Positions 52,672 through 61,951 of a DNA stretch of 64,000 bases are shown one piece after another; the first letter of the stretch is position 1, and each line of letters opens with the position of its first letter. Origin of the DNA: Candidatus Methanomethylicia archaeon (GTDB lineage Archaea > Thermoproteota > Methanomethylicia > Culexarchaeales > Culexarchaeaceae); assembly GCA_038727515.1 (NCBI GenBank), contig JAVYVS010000006.1, positions 13,088 through 77,087 on the forward strand, written 5' to 3'. The translations under genes were made by a program, and so were the position numbers. The notes beneath the pieces are model-generated. The model was given only the letters and a program-made list of their open reading frames with translations. It did not search any database and was not told where the DNA came from.

Positions 52672-52728
52672 ATGATGAATGGCGGGCTTATAGACAGAAG
52701 TAAGGATGAAGAAACTATGGGGGGCTGA
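52672..52728 (+). ncRNA. box C/D 2'-O-methylation guide sRNA
   Basis: C box ATGATGA 52672-78, D' CAGA 52695-98, C' AGGATGA 52703-09 and D CTGA 52725-28, with two G-rich guides. Canonical spacing in an AT-rich intergenic gap. Confidence 0.75.
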
Positions 52729-52888
52729 ACAAACTAAAATTAGCATTAATCTCTCCAAACTTATTTTCAGAAAGATTGTAATTTAAAAGTTGAAAAGAAA
52801 GGAATTCTCCCCTATATATCGACAATAACAATTATTCAAAAAGAAGGAGGAATAAAGCGGAGATTATTTCTTAAGATTTATATTGAAA

Positions 52889-54694
52889 TTATTTATAGTT
52901 GTTTATCGTATTTTGATTTGAGACGGCTTCTATTTGTATTCCATATAGTTTTGAGTATAATCCTCCTTCTTTTAATAGTTCTTCATGGGTTCCTTCTTCA
53001 ACTATTCTTCCATCTTCTATAACTATTATTTTGTTTGCTCTTGTTATGGTTTGTAGTCTATGTGCAATTATTATGGTTGTTTTTCCTTTAATCAATTTTT
53101 CTAATGCTTGTTGTAGTTTTGCTTCTGTATGTGGGTCTATGCTGCTTGTGGCTTCATCTAATATTATTATTGTTGGGTTTGATATGAATACTCTTAGGAA
53201 GGATACCATTTGCCTTTGCCCTACTGATAGATTTTTCCCTCCTTCTAGTACTGGGGTTTCTAATCCCTTTGGTAGTGTTTTCACTATTTCTTCTAATCCC
53301 AATGTTTTTATTGCGTTTTCTACATCTACTCTATTGGCGTTTGGATTTGCTAATAATATATTGTCTAATACTGTTCCTGAGATTAGTAAGGGTTCTTGTG
53401 GTATCATTATCATTGAGCTTCTAAGTATATTTAATTTGTATCTTTCTATGTTTACTCCATCAATTAGTATTTCACCGTTCCATGGTTCATAGAATCTTAG
53501 TAGTAGGTTTATTATGGTTGTTTTCCCTGCTCCTGTTGGTCCCACTATAGCTGTGAATTCTCCTGGGTTTACTTTGAAACTTACGTTTTTGAGTACTGGT
53601 ATATCCTTTTTGTATCCGAAGGTTACATTTCTAAATTCTATTTCTCCAATTCTTGGTGGAACTTCTATTTCCCCTAAATCTTTCTCTACTTCCCAATCTA
53701 GAAATGTAAATACCCTTTCTGTTGCTGCTAGTGTTGATTGTATCATTGTTAAGAACATTACCAACATTCTTATTGGTCTAAAGAATGAGCTTAGATAATT
53801 GTAGAAGGCTATTAATGTTCCTAAACTTATCGCTCCACTTATCATTAGGCTTCCACCATAAACTAGTATTGCTACTACACCTACTGCTTCTATTATTGCC
53901 ATTAATGGGCTCATGGTTGATGATACTGCTTCTGCTTGTACATTTGTTCTAAGGGTTTCTTCACTAACTCTTCTAAATTCCTCTATGTTTCTCTGTCTTC
54001 TAAATGAGAATGATTGTACTATTGCTGCTCCTGATACGTCTTGTGATACTCTACTAGTTATTTCAGCTATCTTTCTTCTGGTTTCTCTATATGCCCTTCT
54101 AGCTTTTCTAATTATAATGTAGTTTACAGTTATTATTATTGGTATTAATGCGTAGATTATTAAGCTTAGGTTTGGGCTTAAGCTCCACATCATTATTATT
54201 GCTCCACTAAGTGTTACCATGTCTGCGATCATATTTATTAATCCCGTAGTTGCCATTCCACCTATGGTGTCAACGTCATTCATTATTCTAGAAACTATCT
54301 TACCAGTTGCTTCTTCTGAAATTTGATCCAACCTTAACCTATACAAGTGATTATACATTTTACATCTTAGGTCATACATTATTTTGCTCATTAAGTATGA
54401 TGATGAGTAATCTCCAGCGAAGTTTGCCATTAAACTTGTTAGTATTAAAGATAGGTATACTATACTCCAATATGTTAATGCACTTATACTTCCATAAACT
54501 ATGCTATCCACCAAGTACTTCATTATGAAGGGTGAAGCTATTGAGAATATTATTCTGAAGACTACTGAAAGCACCATTAAAGTAAAATGTAATTTATAGT
54601 TGAGGGATAGTTTAATCAATCTACCTATTAAAACTCTATCTGGATACTTTCTTTCCCTTTCAGTTTTTTCTTCATCAAATCTAAACCAAAACAT
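52889..54694 (-). CDS. ABC exporter permease/ATPase (consensus half, TM288-like)
   Basis: TMD plus GPTGAGKT, LSVGQRQ, LDEATSS and IAHRL. Confidence 0.92.
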   Translation of the reverse strand: MFWFRFDEEKTERERKYPDRVLIGRLIKLSLNYKLHFTLMVLSVVFRIIFSIASPFIMKYLVDSIVYGSISALTYWSIVYLSLILTSLMANFAGDYSSSYLMSKIMYDLRCKMYNHLYRLRLDQISEEATGKIVSRIMNDVDTIGGMATTGLINMIADMVTLSGAIIMMWSLSPNLSLIIYALIPIIITVNYIIIRKARRAYRETRRKIAEITSRVSQDVSGAAIVQSFSFRRQRNIEEFRRVSEETLRTNVQAEAVSSTMSPLMAIIEAVGVVAILVYGGSLMISGAISLGTLIAFYNYLSSFFRPIRMLVMFLTMIQSTLAATERVFTFLDWEVEKDLGEIEVPPRIGEIEFRNVTFGYKKDIPVLKNVSFKVNPGEFTAIVGPTGAGKTTIINLLLRFYEPWNGEILIDGVNIERYKLNILRSSMIMIPQEPLLISGTVLDNILLANPNANRVDVENAIKTLGLEEIVKTLPKGLETPVLEGGKNLSVGQRQMVSFLRVFISNPTIIILDEATSSIDPHTEAKLQQALEKLIKGKTTIIIAHRLQTITRANKIIVIEDGRIVEEGTHEELLKEGGLYSKLYGIQIEAVSNQNTINNYK

Positions 54695-54705
54695 TCCTAT
54701 CCCTC

Positions 54706-56436
54706 CTAAATTTCTGGTGGTTTATTACTTATTGCTCCAATTAATTTTGAGTATAATCCTCCCTTTACAATAAGTTCTTCATGTCTCCCCTCTTCCACCA
54801 CTCTACCATCATCAATAACAATTATTCTATCTGCAAGTCTCATGGTGCTAGGTCTTTGTGTTATCATTATTACTGTTTTACCCTTAAAGTGTTTTGTAAC
54901 TGCATCATATATTGCCTTTTCAGTTTCTGCATCTACATTTGACATTGAATCATCTAATATTATTATCTTTGGGTCTATCAATAGAGTTCTAGCTATGGCA
55001 AGTCTCTGTCTTTGTCCTCCTGAAAGGTTTATGCCTCTTTCTCCAACTATTGTATTATAACCTTGTGGTAAACTTGATATGAATTCATGTAGCATTGCAA
55101 TTTTAGCTACATTTTCAATTTCTTCCATGGATGCTTCGGGTTTTCCATATGCAATATTGTTTCTTATGGTTTCTGGGAATATGTATATGTCTTGGTGTAC
55201 AATTCCAATATTCCTTCTAAGAGAATCAAGTTTTATGTTTTTAACATCGATACCATCAATTAAAATTGAACCTTTTTGCGCATCGTATAGTCTAGGTATT
55301 AAATGGACTAATGTGCTCTTACCACTTCCAGCTGGACCTACAATAGCCACTACTTCTCCAGGATTTACCTTAAAGCTTATACCCTTTAAAATCCAATTCT
55401 TCCCATCATAACTAAACCATACATCTCTTAATTCCACTTCACCTCTCTTAACTTCTATGGGTATAGCATTTTCAGCTTCTTTAACTTCAGATTCAGTTTT
55501 TAGGATTTCAAAGATTCTTGATGCTGCTGCTAAACCATGGACGTATTGAACTGTAAAGAATCCTATGGATATGAAAGGCCAAGTTATCATTCCAGCATAC
55601 ATAGCCATAGCCACTAAGCTTCCTATATCCATAATTCCACTAGTTACCATTCCACCTCCAATCCAAATAACTATTAAAACGCTTAAGCTAGATATGAATC
55701 CTACAAATGGCCATGTTGAAGCTCTCAATTTTGCTGCTTTAAGAGATAATTGTAGATGCTTATTGCTTGTGGATATGAATCTATTCCAAAGTAGATTGAA
55801 GGCATTTAATGCTCTTACAACTCTTAATCCACTGGTAACTTCAGTTACATGTGAAGTTATTTGTCCATACAATTCTCTAGAGAGATCAAATATGTTTCTC
55901 ATATTCTTCGCGAAACGTCTAACTAAGAAGAATATTATTGTAAGTGGAGCTATAGCATATAATGTTAAAGTTACATTTATTGAAGTCATAAAGTATAGTG
56001 CTGCTGCTAAAGTGAATATTGCACTAATTAAACCTGTAAACGCCATACGCATAAACCCAGTAATTACTTCAACATCACCAGTAGCTCGCGCTACAAGTTG
56101 ACCAGTATCAATACGTTTATAAAATCCAAGTGAAAGTTCTTGTAGATGCTTGTAGACATCGTTTCTAAGGTTGAAAGCAACCTTTTGAGAAGTATATTGT
56201 GAAATAATATTTGTGATATAACCAATAAAGCCTTGAGCAATTATAAGGGCTATTATCGGTAGAGTTAATGGTAAAATATAATCCAATCTATTTTCAACAA
56301 GCATATTTACAGCTCTCCCAGTGAGAATTGGCGTATACATACCAGCTAAAGAACCAATTAATGTGAGAATTACAATTAATAGAATAAATTTCCATTGTTT
56401 AACCACATAGTAGAGCAATCGCATACTTTGCTTCAT
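54706..56436 (-). CDS. ABC exporter permease/ATPase (degenerate half, TM287-like)
   Basis: TMD plus GPAGSGKS, LSGGQRQR, LDDS (E>D) and ITQR (H>Q). Confidence 0.92.
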   Translation of the reverse strand: MKQSMRLLYYVVKQWKFILLIVILTLIGSLAGMYTPILTGRAVNMLVENRLDYILPLTLPIIALIIAQGFIGYITNIISQYTSQKVAFNLRNDVYKHLQELSLGFYKRIDTGQLVARATGDVEVITGFMRMAFTGLISAIFTLAAALYFMTSINVTLTLYAIAPLTIIFFLVRRFAKNMRNIFDLSRELYGQITSHVTEVTSGLRVVRALNAFNLLWNRFISTSNKHLQLSLKAAKLRASTWPFVGFISSLSVLIVIWIGGGMVTSGIMDIGSLVAMAMYAGMITWPFISIGFFTVQYVHGLAAASRIFEILKTESEVKEAENAIPIEVKRGEVELRDVWFSYDGKNWILKGISFKVNPGEVVAIVGPAGSGKSTLVHLIPRLYDAQKGSILIDGIDVKNIKLDSLRRNIGIVHQDIYIFPETIRNNIAYGKPEASMEEIENVAKIAMLHEFISSLPQGYNTIVGERGINLSGGQRQRLAIARTLLIDPKIIILDDSMSNVDAETEKAIYDAVTKHFKGKTVIMITQRPSTMRLADRIIVIDDGRVVEEGRHEELIVKGGLYSKLIGAISNKPPEI

Positions 56437-56632
56437 AATTTCACCCCTACATCAAATGGGGGAATACTAATGTTTTTCGTAAACAAATCATCGCTATGCA
56501 CTAGTTATTTCACCTATATATGTATTTAATATACCTATATATATTACTTACTTTAAAATTAACTAAACATTCATTTCACGATATGTTAGTTTAACCTTAT
56601 ATGTTTCCTCCTTCCTTAAATTTAGATTCTTC

Positions 56633-58006
56633 TTATTGTTTATATGTATTCTTTATTTTGATGTAGAGTGATGTGTATAAGCCTGCAGCCAATTGAATTT
56701 TAACCAATTTATCAATGTTTATTACAGTATAATTTAATTCTCTCTCCAATTTTTCAGCTCTAATTTCTAATTCGTTTTCCATGCTACTTAATACTTCACT
56801 TATAATGCTATCTCCTTCTTCAGCTTTTAACATTCTACAGAAGAGTCCCAAGGTTAATAATCTATAGAATTCTGAAACTAGATAATTATCAAATTCTTCT
56901 GCTATAGTTGCCATTCTATCCAATTCTGGTGAACTTTTAGCCCAATTTTCTTCAGCTACAATCGATTTTGGGAAAACTTCTAAATAATATTCTATCGATT
57001 CTCTAAATCTACTCTGAACTTTTAATCTATCTTTAACTTTATCAAAGGATGATTTAATTAGATTGTAAAATGATTTTGATTGTTCAATTTCATCTAGTAC
57101 AGCCTTCCTCCTATGGGTTTTTGAAGGATTTAAATCTTCTATTCTAGGATCATAATAATATGGTACTTCAGTTACCAGTTCAAATACTTGTGGATTAAAC
57201 TTTCTTGCATAATCAAAACTACTTGTACCAGTCTTTATTATTTGAGCTGGATCTCTACCAGCATATTTCTCTAGATAATCATAGTATTCTGGTGTAGAAA
57301 GCATAAGATATATTGCTGGAGCTAACGTTTTAGCCCATGGAACTTCAGGTTCACCTAAAGATAAAGGTACACCTAGATCTCTTGGAAACTTTGTATATAT
57401 TGGGTATAATAACGGTATCTTTTCAGTAACATAATAATATACTCCACCAAAACCTGCATTATGAAGACTATATATGAAATCTGGTTTCTCCATTTCAATA
57501 ATATTCATTAAAACTCTAGTTTCTGGGAGTGGTTCATTAAATTTTAAAGTTTTATATTCTATTGGGAAGGTCCATTCCACTTGTTTATTCCCAGCAGGTC
57601 TATAATAGTTTTTAGCATAATTTAGGGGTGTGAAAGGTCCTTTAAGCCATCCCTCATTAAGCTTTAATCCATCTACATCAATAACCTTCACAATATACCA
57701 TGTGAAATCAAGTTCATCCCTCAATTCACTATTCTCAGCAAGCTTCCAACTTAAATAATCTAAAACTAATGTACCTACAGGTTCATTGGGATGTGGACAT
57801 CCAAACCATAAAGCTTTATTCCTACCATCACCAATCTTTAAAAGATAAATGGAATTTCCATCTCTACTATAACCAACATTAAAAACTTTAACGATATCAG
57901 GATATTTTTCAGTCAATTTAAATGTAGATTCATTAAGTTCCTCTACATTCATAAATACACTATACTTTGGAACATGATCAATAACATCAGAAATAACATC
58001 TAACAT
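56633..58006 (-). CDS. M14 zinc carboxypeptidase family protein
   Basis: GYSRDG, HPNE, D.DG, SLHN and EVPY. Confidence 0.85.
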   Translation of the reverse strand: MLDVISDVIDHVPKYSVFMNVEELNESTFKLTEKYPDIVKVFNVGYSRDGNSIYLLKIGDGRNKALWFGCPHPNEPVGTLVLDYLSWKLAENSELRDELDFTWYIVKVIDVDGLKLNEGWLKGPFTPLNYAKNYYRPAGNKQVEWTFPIEYKTLKFNEPLPETRVLMNIIEMEKPDFIYSLHNAGFGGVYYYVTEKIPLLYPIYTKFPRDLGVPLSLGEPEVPWAKTLAPAIYLMLSTPEYYDYLEKYAGRDPAQIIKTGTSSFDYARKFNPQVFELVTEVPYYYDPRIEDLNPSKTHRRKAVLDEIEQSKSFYNLIKSSFDKVKDRLKVQSRFRESIEYYLEVFPKSIVAEENWAKSSPELDRMATIAEEFDNYLVSEFYRLLTLGLFCRMLKAEEGDSIISEVLSSMENELEIRAEKLERELNYTVINIDKLVKIQLAAGLYTSLYIKIKNTYKQ

Positions 58007-58087
58007 TGATATTATCCCCCACTTAAAGATAATTATATCAGATTTTTATTATAAATTATTGTCTTATAGATTTTAATTGTAAATTAC

Positions 58088-58325
58088 TCATGTATGATGA
58101 ATCAATCCCATACCCTTATTTTTCATCATTTCTTCAGCTAATGGATGCGTATAGAATGCAAACATTAATTATTGGATATTTAATAATCTCCATCAATTTC
58201 TCAATAGATTCATTAAATCTCCCTAATTCATGTTCATATACCCTCGATTTCACATCCCCATTACCCACTATCTTTTCATCACCCTTGAAACCTTCAACAT
58301 ATAAATTCACTTCTACTTCTTCTTT
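58088..58325 (-). pseudogene. remnant of an archaeal PD-(D/E)XK-like (paREP/DUF3782-type) protein C-terminus
   Basis: EEVEVNLYVEG...VKSRVY..., then a frameshift to FAFYTHPLAEE...; no N-terminus. Confidence 0.45.
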
Positions 58326-58582
58326 ATAAGTTTCCTAAGTTCTTCAGCTCTTTCTTTATCCACATACCCTCTAACTTCTAAATCATAAATACATTTTTCT
58401 GCATAACCACACCATGAAAGACATGTTTCAGTTGGTTCACGATGTACAATTTTACCACAATTTGGGCATTTTAATTGATTTTCATATTCAAAGAATTCTA
58501 TTTCTTCACCACAAAATGGACAACTCCTAACAATTATCTTTGGATCAATTAAACTTTTCACTCCAGGACATCTTTTCAACAT
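58313..58582 (-). CDS. small Cys-rich zinc-ribbon protein
   Basis: CPG, CPFCG, CPNCG and C..WC.YA.KC. Confidence 0.75.
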   Translation of the reverse strand: MLKRCPGVKSLIDPKIIVRSCPFCGEEIEFFEYENQLKCPNCGKIVHREPTETCLSWCGYAEKCIYDLEVRGYVDKERAEELRKLIKKK

Positions 58583-58788
58583 TCATATCTTCCTCTAATT
58601 GTAGAATATCAATCAAATATCCTTATAATGATTTCCATAAATCTTCGAGTTAACAATTCAATATACATCACCACTCTTTGAATCATCCATTGGTTAAATG
58701 ATATCATCAGTTTTATTCCAAAAGATACTTCCCAATACTAAATCTATTAAAATTAAGAAAATCCCCATTTACAAATCAATTTAACTTA

Positions 58789-59580
58789 TCACACATGTAC
58801 CTCAATAACCTCTATTTTACTTAAATCCGCAATACCCAAACCAGCTTTCTGAGCAAGTTTAAGATGTGATATTGTTAATGGATTCTTACCAAGATAGCTT
58901 GCCCCTACAGCATCTGCAGCAACTAAATCCTCAGACATAATCATTACACCAATCTCCTTAGGTCTTGCTCCAAGCTCCCCTCCCAATCCAGCAACCCTCC
59001 CATCTATAACAGCCAATCTCGGCCTAAGATAAAGATTAATATCAACTATACTTTCATCAAGCTTCCTATGAAACCTACCCTTCTTAGCAACCCTCGCCCT
59101 TCCACCTATCGTTGCACCAAGCATATTCTTTAAAGAAAGAGTCACCTTCGTTATAGAATGCTCCTTCAAAACTGGAACAGAAACTATATAAGCATTCTTA
59201 AGCGTCAATGGAAACTCAAACTCCCTCAAGAAAAACGCATTCGGATTCTTCACAACCTCAAAATCATCATTATTAAGATCAACAAGCTTAACCCCATATT
59301 TCTCCTTAAGCTTCAAATAACCAAGCTCTCGATAAGCTTCAAAAGTTTCACACCAACCAGACCCCTCAGCAACCACAACCTCAAACCCACCCCTCAAATA
59401 ATACTTAACCAAAGCTTCAACAGTTTCACAAGGAGTCGTCGTAGGAGGAGGCTCAGCAAGAATCAAATTCGGCTTAAGAACAACCCTCCCAACCGAAGGC
59501 TTAACAAAATACTCTAAACCCCTCTCAACCATACAATAAGGATCCCTACCCCTAACAACCACAACCCTCGACATAAACAC
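58789..59580 (-). CDS. DUF362 domain protein
   Basis: VLKPNL, VAEG, VPVLKEH, TLSLKN and D.VAAD. Confidence 0.87.
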   Translation of the reverse strand: MFMSRVVVVRGRDPYCMVERGLEYFVKPSVGRVVLKPNLILAEPPPTTTPCETVEALVKYYLRGGFEVVVAEGSGWCETFEAYRELGYLKLKEKYGVKLVDLNNDDFEVVKNPNAFFLREFEFPLTLKNAYIVSVPVLKEHSITKVTLSLKNMLGATIGGRARVAKKGRFHRKLDESIVDINLYLRPRLAVIDGRVAGLGGELGARPKEIGVMIMSEDLVAADAVGASYLGKNPLTISHLKLAQKAGLGIADLSKIEVIEVHV

Positions 59581-59668
59581 AAGAAAATTAACCCTAACAC
59601 AGCTTAAAAATTACGCTCAAGAAAAATCCCCTAACCACATCTTCAAACTTTAAACCAAAATTCCTTTC

Positions 59669-59756
59669 CTAACAATCCCCCTTACCGAGTTCATTTACAG
59701 TTGCCCACTTTAGAGTCTTTACAAAGCTATATCTTTCAATTCCCTTCATTGGGTTC
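59669..59756 (-). CRISPR. detached degenerate trailer repeats (repeat-spacer-repeat)
   Basis: 59733..59756 matches the repeat at 22/24; 59669..59692 matches at 16/24; separated by a spacer-length 40 nt. Confidence 0.75.
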
Positions 59757-59817
59757 ACTAGCCCTCTTATCCATTCTTCAACTTCTCAAATAACGATGAA
59801 TCATAAGATCGAAGCAC

Positions 59818-61917
59818 CTACACTGTCTTTATTCTCCAGCCGCTTATGTCGTTTGCGCATATTATCCCTGAGATTGCGGTCGCCTCTACACCGCCTCCTG
59901 GGAATGTTGAGGCGCCCACTAAATACAGCCCTTTTATTGGCGTCTTGAAGTAGGGCCTTTTAGTTTCGATTGATTGGTCAAATGCGTAAATTGCTCCCTC
60001 AGGCATAGAAGTGTATCTCTCAAATGTTTTGGGAGTCGCCGCATCTAAGACAATGATATGCTTGCTTAAGCCCGGTATTATCTTCTCCGCTTTCCGTATT
60101 AATGCCTCTGCAGCCTCCTTCTTCCTCCTCAAATACTCTTCCGTTCCCCTCGGCGGGAAGTCATGGTAATTTGCCAACGTTATAATTGTTAGACTGGCCA
60201 TGCCCCTAGGCGCTAGGGTTGGGTCAGCATTAGAATTGATAACTATTCCGTAGCCCCCATCAAGATCCTTTATGAGCGTTGGATAACCCGTTAAGTCCAT
60301 ATTGACTCCTAGGAAGACCATGAATGCTGATGGGGACATCCTCATCCCCCTAATGTAATCGGCGTATCCCCTATCCAAGTGCTCCTTACCGACGAGCTCT
60401 AGTAAGGCAGTTTTAGCGTTCGCATTAGCAACGACAACCCTACTTCTGAAAACATTACCTCCAGCAATAACTCCCCTCACTTCCCTATTCTCAACTATTA
60501 TCCTGTCAACCCTATGCTTAACCAGGACTTTCCCGCCACTTCTCTGGATGGCGTCCTTTAGGCTGTTTGCGAATTTCTGCGCCCCACCCCTCGGATAATA
60601 TCCTCCATGGACGTAGTAGGAGACACATGCCGTTAAGGCGCTCGCGGCTGAAACCTCTTCTGCCCCAGCTCCAACATAGCCTAACAGCGCGCATAGCAGC
60701 GCCTTCAAATCCTCATTCGCGAAGAACTCGTCGAGCTTCTGCCTGAAGGTCTTATTCATCCAGTCGTAAAAGTGCGGGTGCCCCCTCGGGTAATCCACTA
60801 GTCTCTTTACTCCAAAGACCTTTGCTATCAGCTCTGCTGGGAGCGGCGCACCGTAAATTTCAGCCTCTTTATAGCATTCCTCGTAGGCTCTCTTAGCATC
60901 CTCAAAGAATGAGACAATATTCTTCCTCTCATGGGGGAACATTTCTAAGAGAATCTCCATGAATTCCTCTAGATTCTCCGGCTCAATAATCCTCTCTTTG
61001 AAAATGTATCTTACCCTATTCTTCACGAATAAGTCCTCTTTATTCAATCCCAGCTCACGTAATAGGAATGTTATTGGACCCTTTTCCCATAGTCCGCTTA
61101 CGTCCTCGACGCCCGTGTTAAATGTGAAATTCTCCCTCTGGAATGATGAGCAGTATCCCCCAACCTGATAATGCTGCTCCAATACCAAGACCTTATAGCC
61201 CCTTTTCGCGAGCAGGCTGCCGCATGTTAACCCTCCAACCCCAGCGCCCACAACTATCACGTCATACTCGTCCTCGCCCCTGGAGACGCCGGGCGAAACC
61301 TGAACGCTCCAATCAAATTTTCTAAATGGCTCAACATACTTCTTAATGACAAAGTATTCTGGCGCCTTCATTGGGAAGATTATTGAGAAAATTATGCCAA
61401 AAACAATTAGAGCGTTTGAGAGCACTACCTTATACGGCATGCCAAGAAGGAAGATTAATGCGTTGACAACGAAGATGATAGTCCATGCGGCTGAGATAAC
61501 ATTGTTGATCAGCAGAAACGATTTCTCCCTCCAGTAGGTCTCAGGCCAATCCCTCTTGGCAACCTTAAACGTGAATGGAGACTTCATTGCTATTGAGGAT
61601 ACCGCCATCAATGATAATGCGAGATATCCTATAAACCCGCTATACTCGACGAAAATATTCATGCTGAATATGAAAGTGCATATGGAGGCTATGCTGAAGT
61701 AGATAGTGCTGAAGGCATCCATCAAGTAATACTCTCTTCTTCTAATCTGTGGAACCAGTATGACCATTGATACAATGAGCGCGAGGAGTACGCTAAAGCC
61801 GAAACCAAAGCCAGATAAGATCCAATAGAGGATCCATGGAATAAAGGAGAACACGATACAAACAATTCCAGGAAACCTTCTAACCGCGCCCACCCTAACC
61901 ACCAATAAACTATTCAA
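59818..61917 (-). CDS. FAD-dependent oxidoreductase (phytoene desaturase-like/COG1233) with N-terminal membrane domain
   Basis: ~6 TM helices, then YDVIVVGAGVGG, LEQH..GGY, GGYYPRGG, ATPKT..RYT, TPIKGLYLVG and PGGGV. Start may be GTG 61893. Confidence 0.88.
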   Translation of the reverse strand: MNSLLVVRVGAVRRFPGIVCIVFSFIPWILYWILSGFGFGFSVLLALIVSMVILVPQIRRREYYLMDAFSTIYFSIASICTFIFSMNIFVEYSGFIGYLALSLMAVSSIAMKSPFTFKVAKRDWPETYWREKSFLLINNVISAAWTIIFVVNALIFLLGMPYKVVLSNALIVFGIIFSIIFPMKAPEYFVIKKYVEPFRKFDWSVQVSPGVSRGEDEYDVIVVGAGVGGLTCGSLLAKRGYKVLVLEQHYQVGGYCSSFQRENFTFNTGVEDVSGLWEKGPITFLLRELGLNKEDLFVKNRVRYIFKERIIEPENLEEFMEILLEMFPHERKNIVSFFEDAKRAYEECYKEAEIYGAPLPAELIAKVFGVKRLVDYPRGHPHFYDWMNKTFRQKLDEFFANEDLKALLCALLGYVGAGAEEVSAASALTACVSYYVHGGYYPRGGAQKFANSLKDAIQRSGGKVLVKHRVDRIIVENREVRGVIAGGNVFRSRVVVANANAKTALLELVGKEHLDRGYADYIRGMRMSPSAFMVFLGVNMDLTGYPTLIKDLDGGYGIVINSNADPTLAPRGMASLTIITLANYHDFPPRGTEEYLRRKKEAAEALIRKAEKIIPGLSKHIIVLDAATPKTFERYTSMPEGAIYAFDQSIETKRPYFKTPIKGLYLVGASTFPGGGVEATAISGIICANDISGWRIKTV

Positions 61918-61940
61918 AAGTTTTTAATACTCAATTTCAC

Positions 61941-61948
61941 TATATAAA
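61941..61948 (-). promoter_or_regulatory. putative archaeal TATA box (TTTATATA) for the oxidoreductase gene
   Basis: About 24 nt upstream of TTG 61917; preceded by the purine-rich repeat end GAAAG-AAA (BRE-like). Confidence 0.55.
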
Positions 61949-61951
61949 TTT

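Noticed and set aside
54706-56436. Missing catalytic Glu/His in an ABC ATPase
   Set aside because: Normal degenerate site of heterodimeric exporters.
58090-58140. CTGA/ATGATGA motifs suggesting another C/D sRNA
   Set aside because: No complete box set; better explained as a decayed coding remnant.
1270-61537. Numerous short antisense or alternate-frame ORFs (e.g. 37518..38039, 53031..53492, 55565..56101, 59158..59517)
   Set aside because: Shadows of well-supported genes, with no motifs.
61918-61951. CRISPR leader on the left side of the array
   Set aside because: Only 34 nt long. The repeat handle and the position of the degenerate repeats place the leader at the right end, outside the window.
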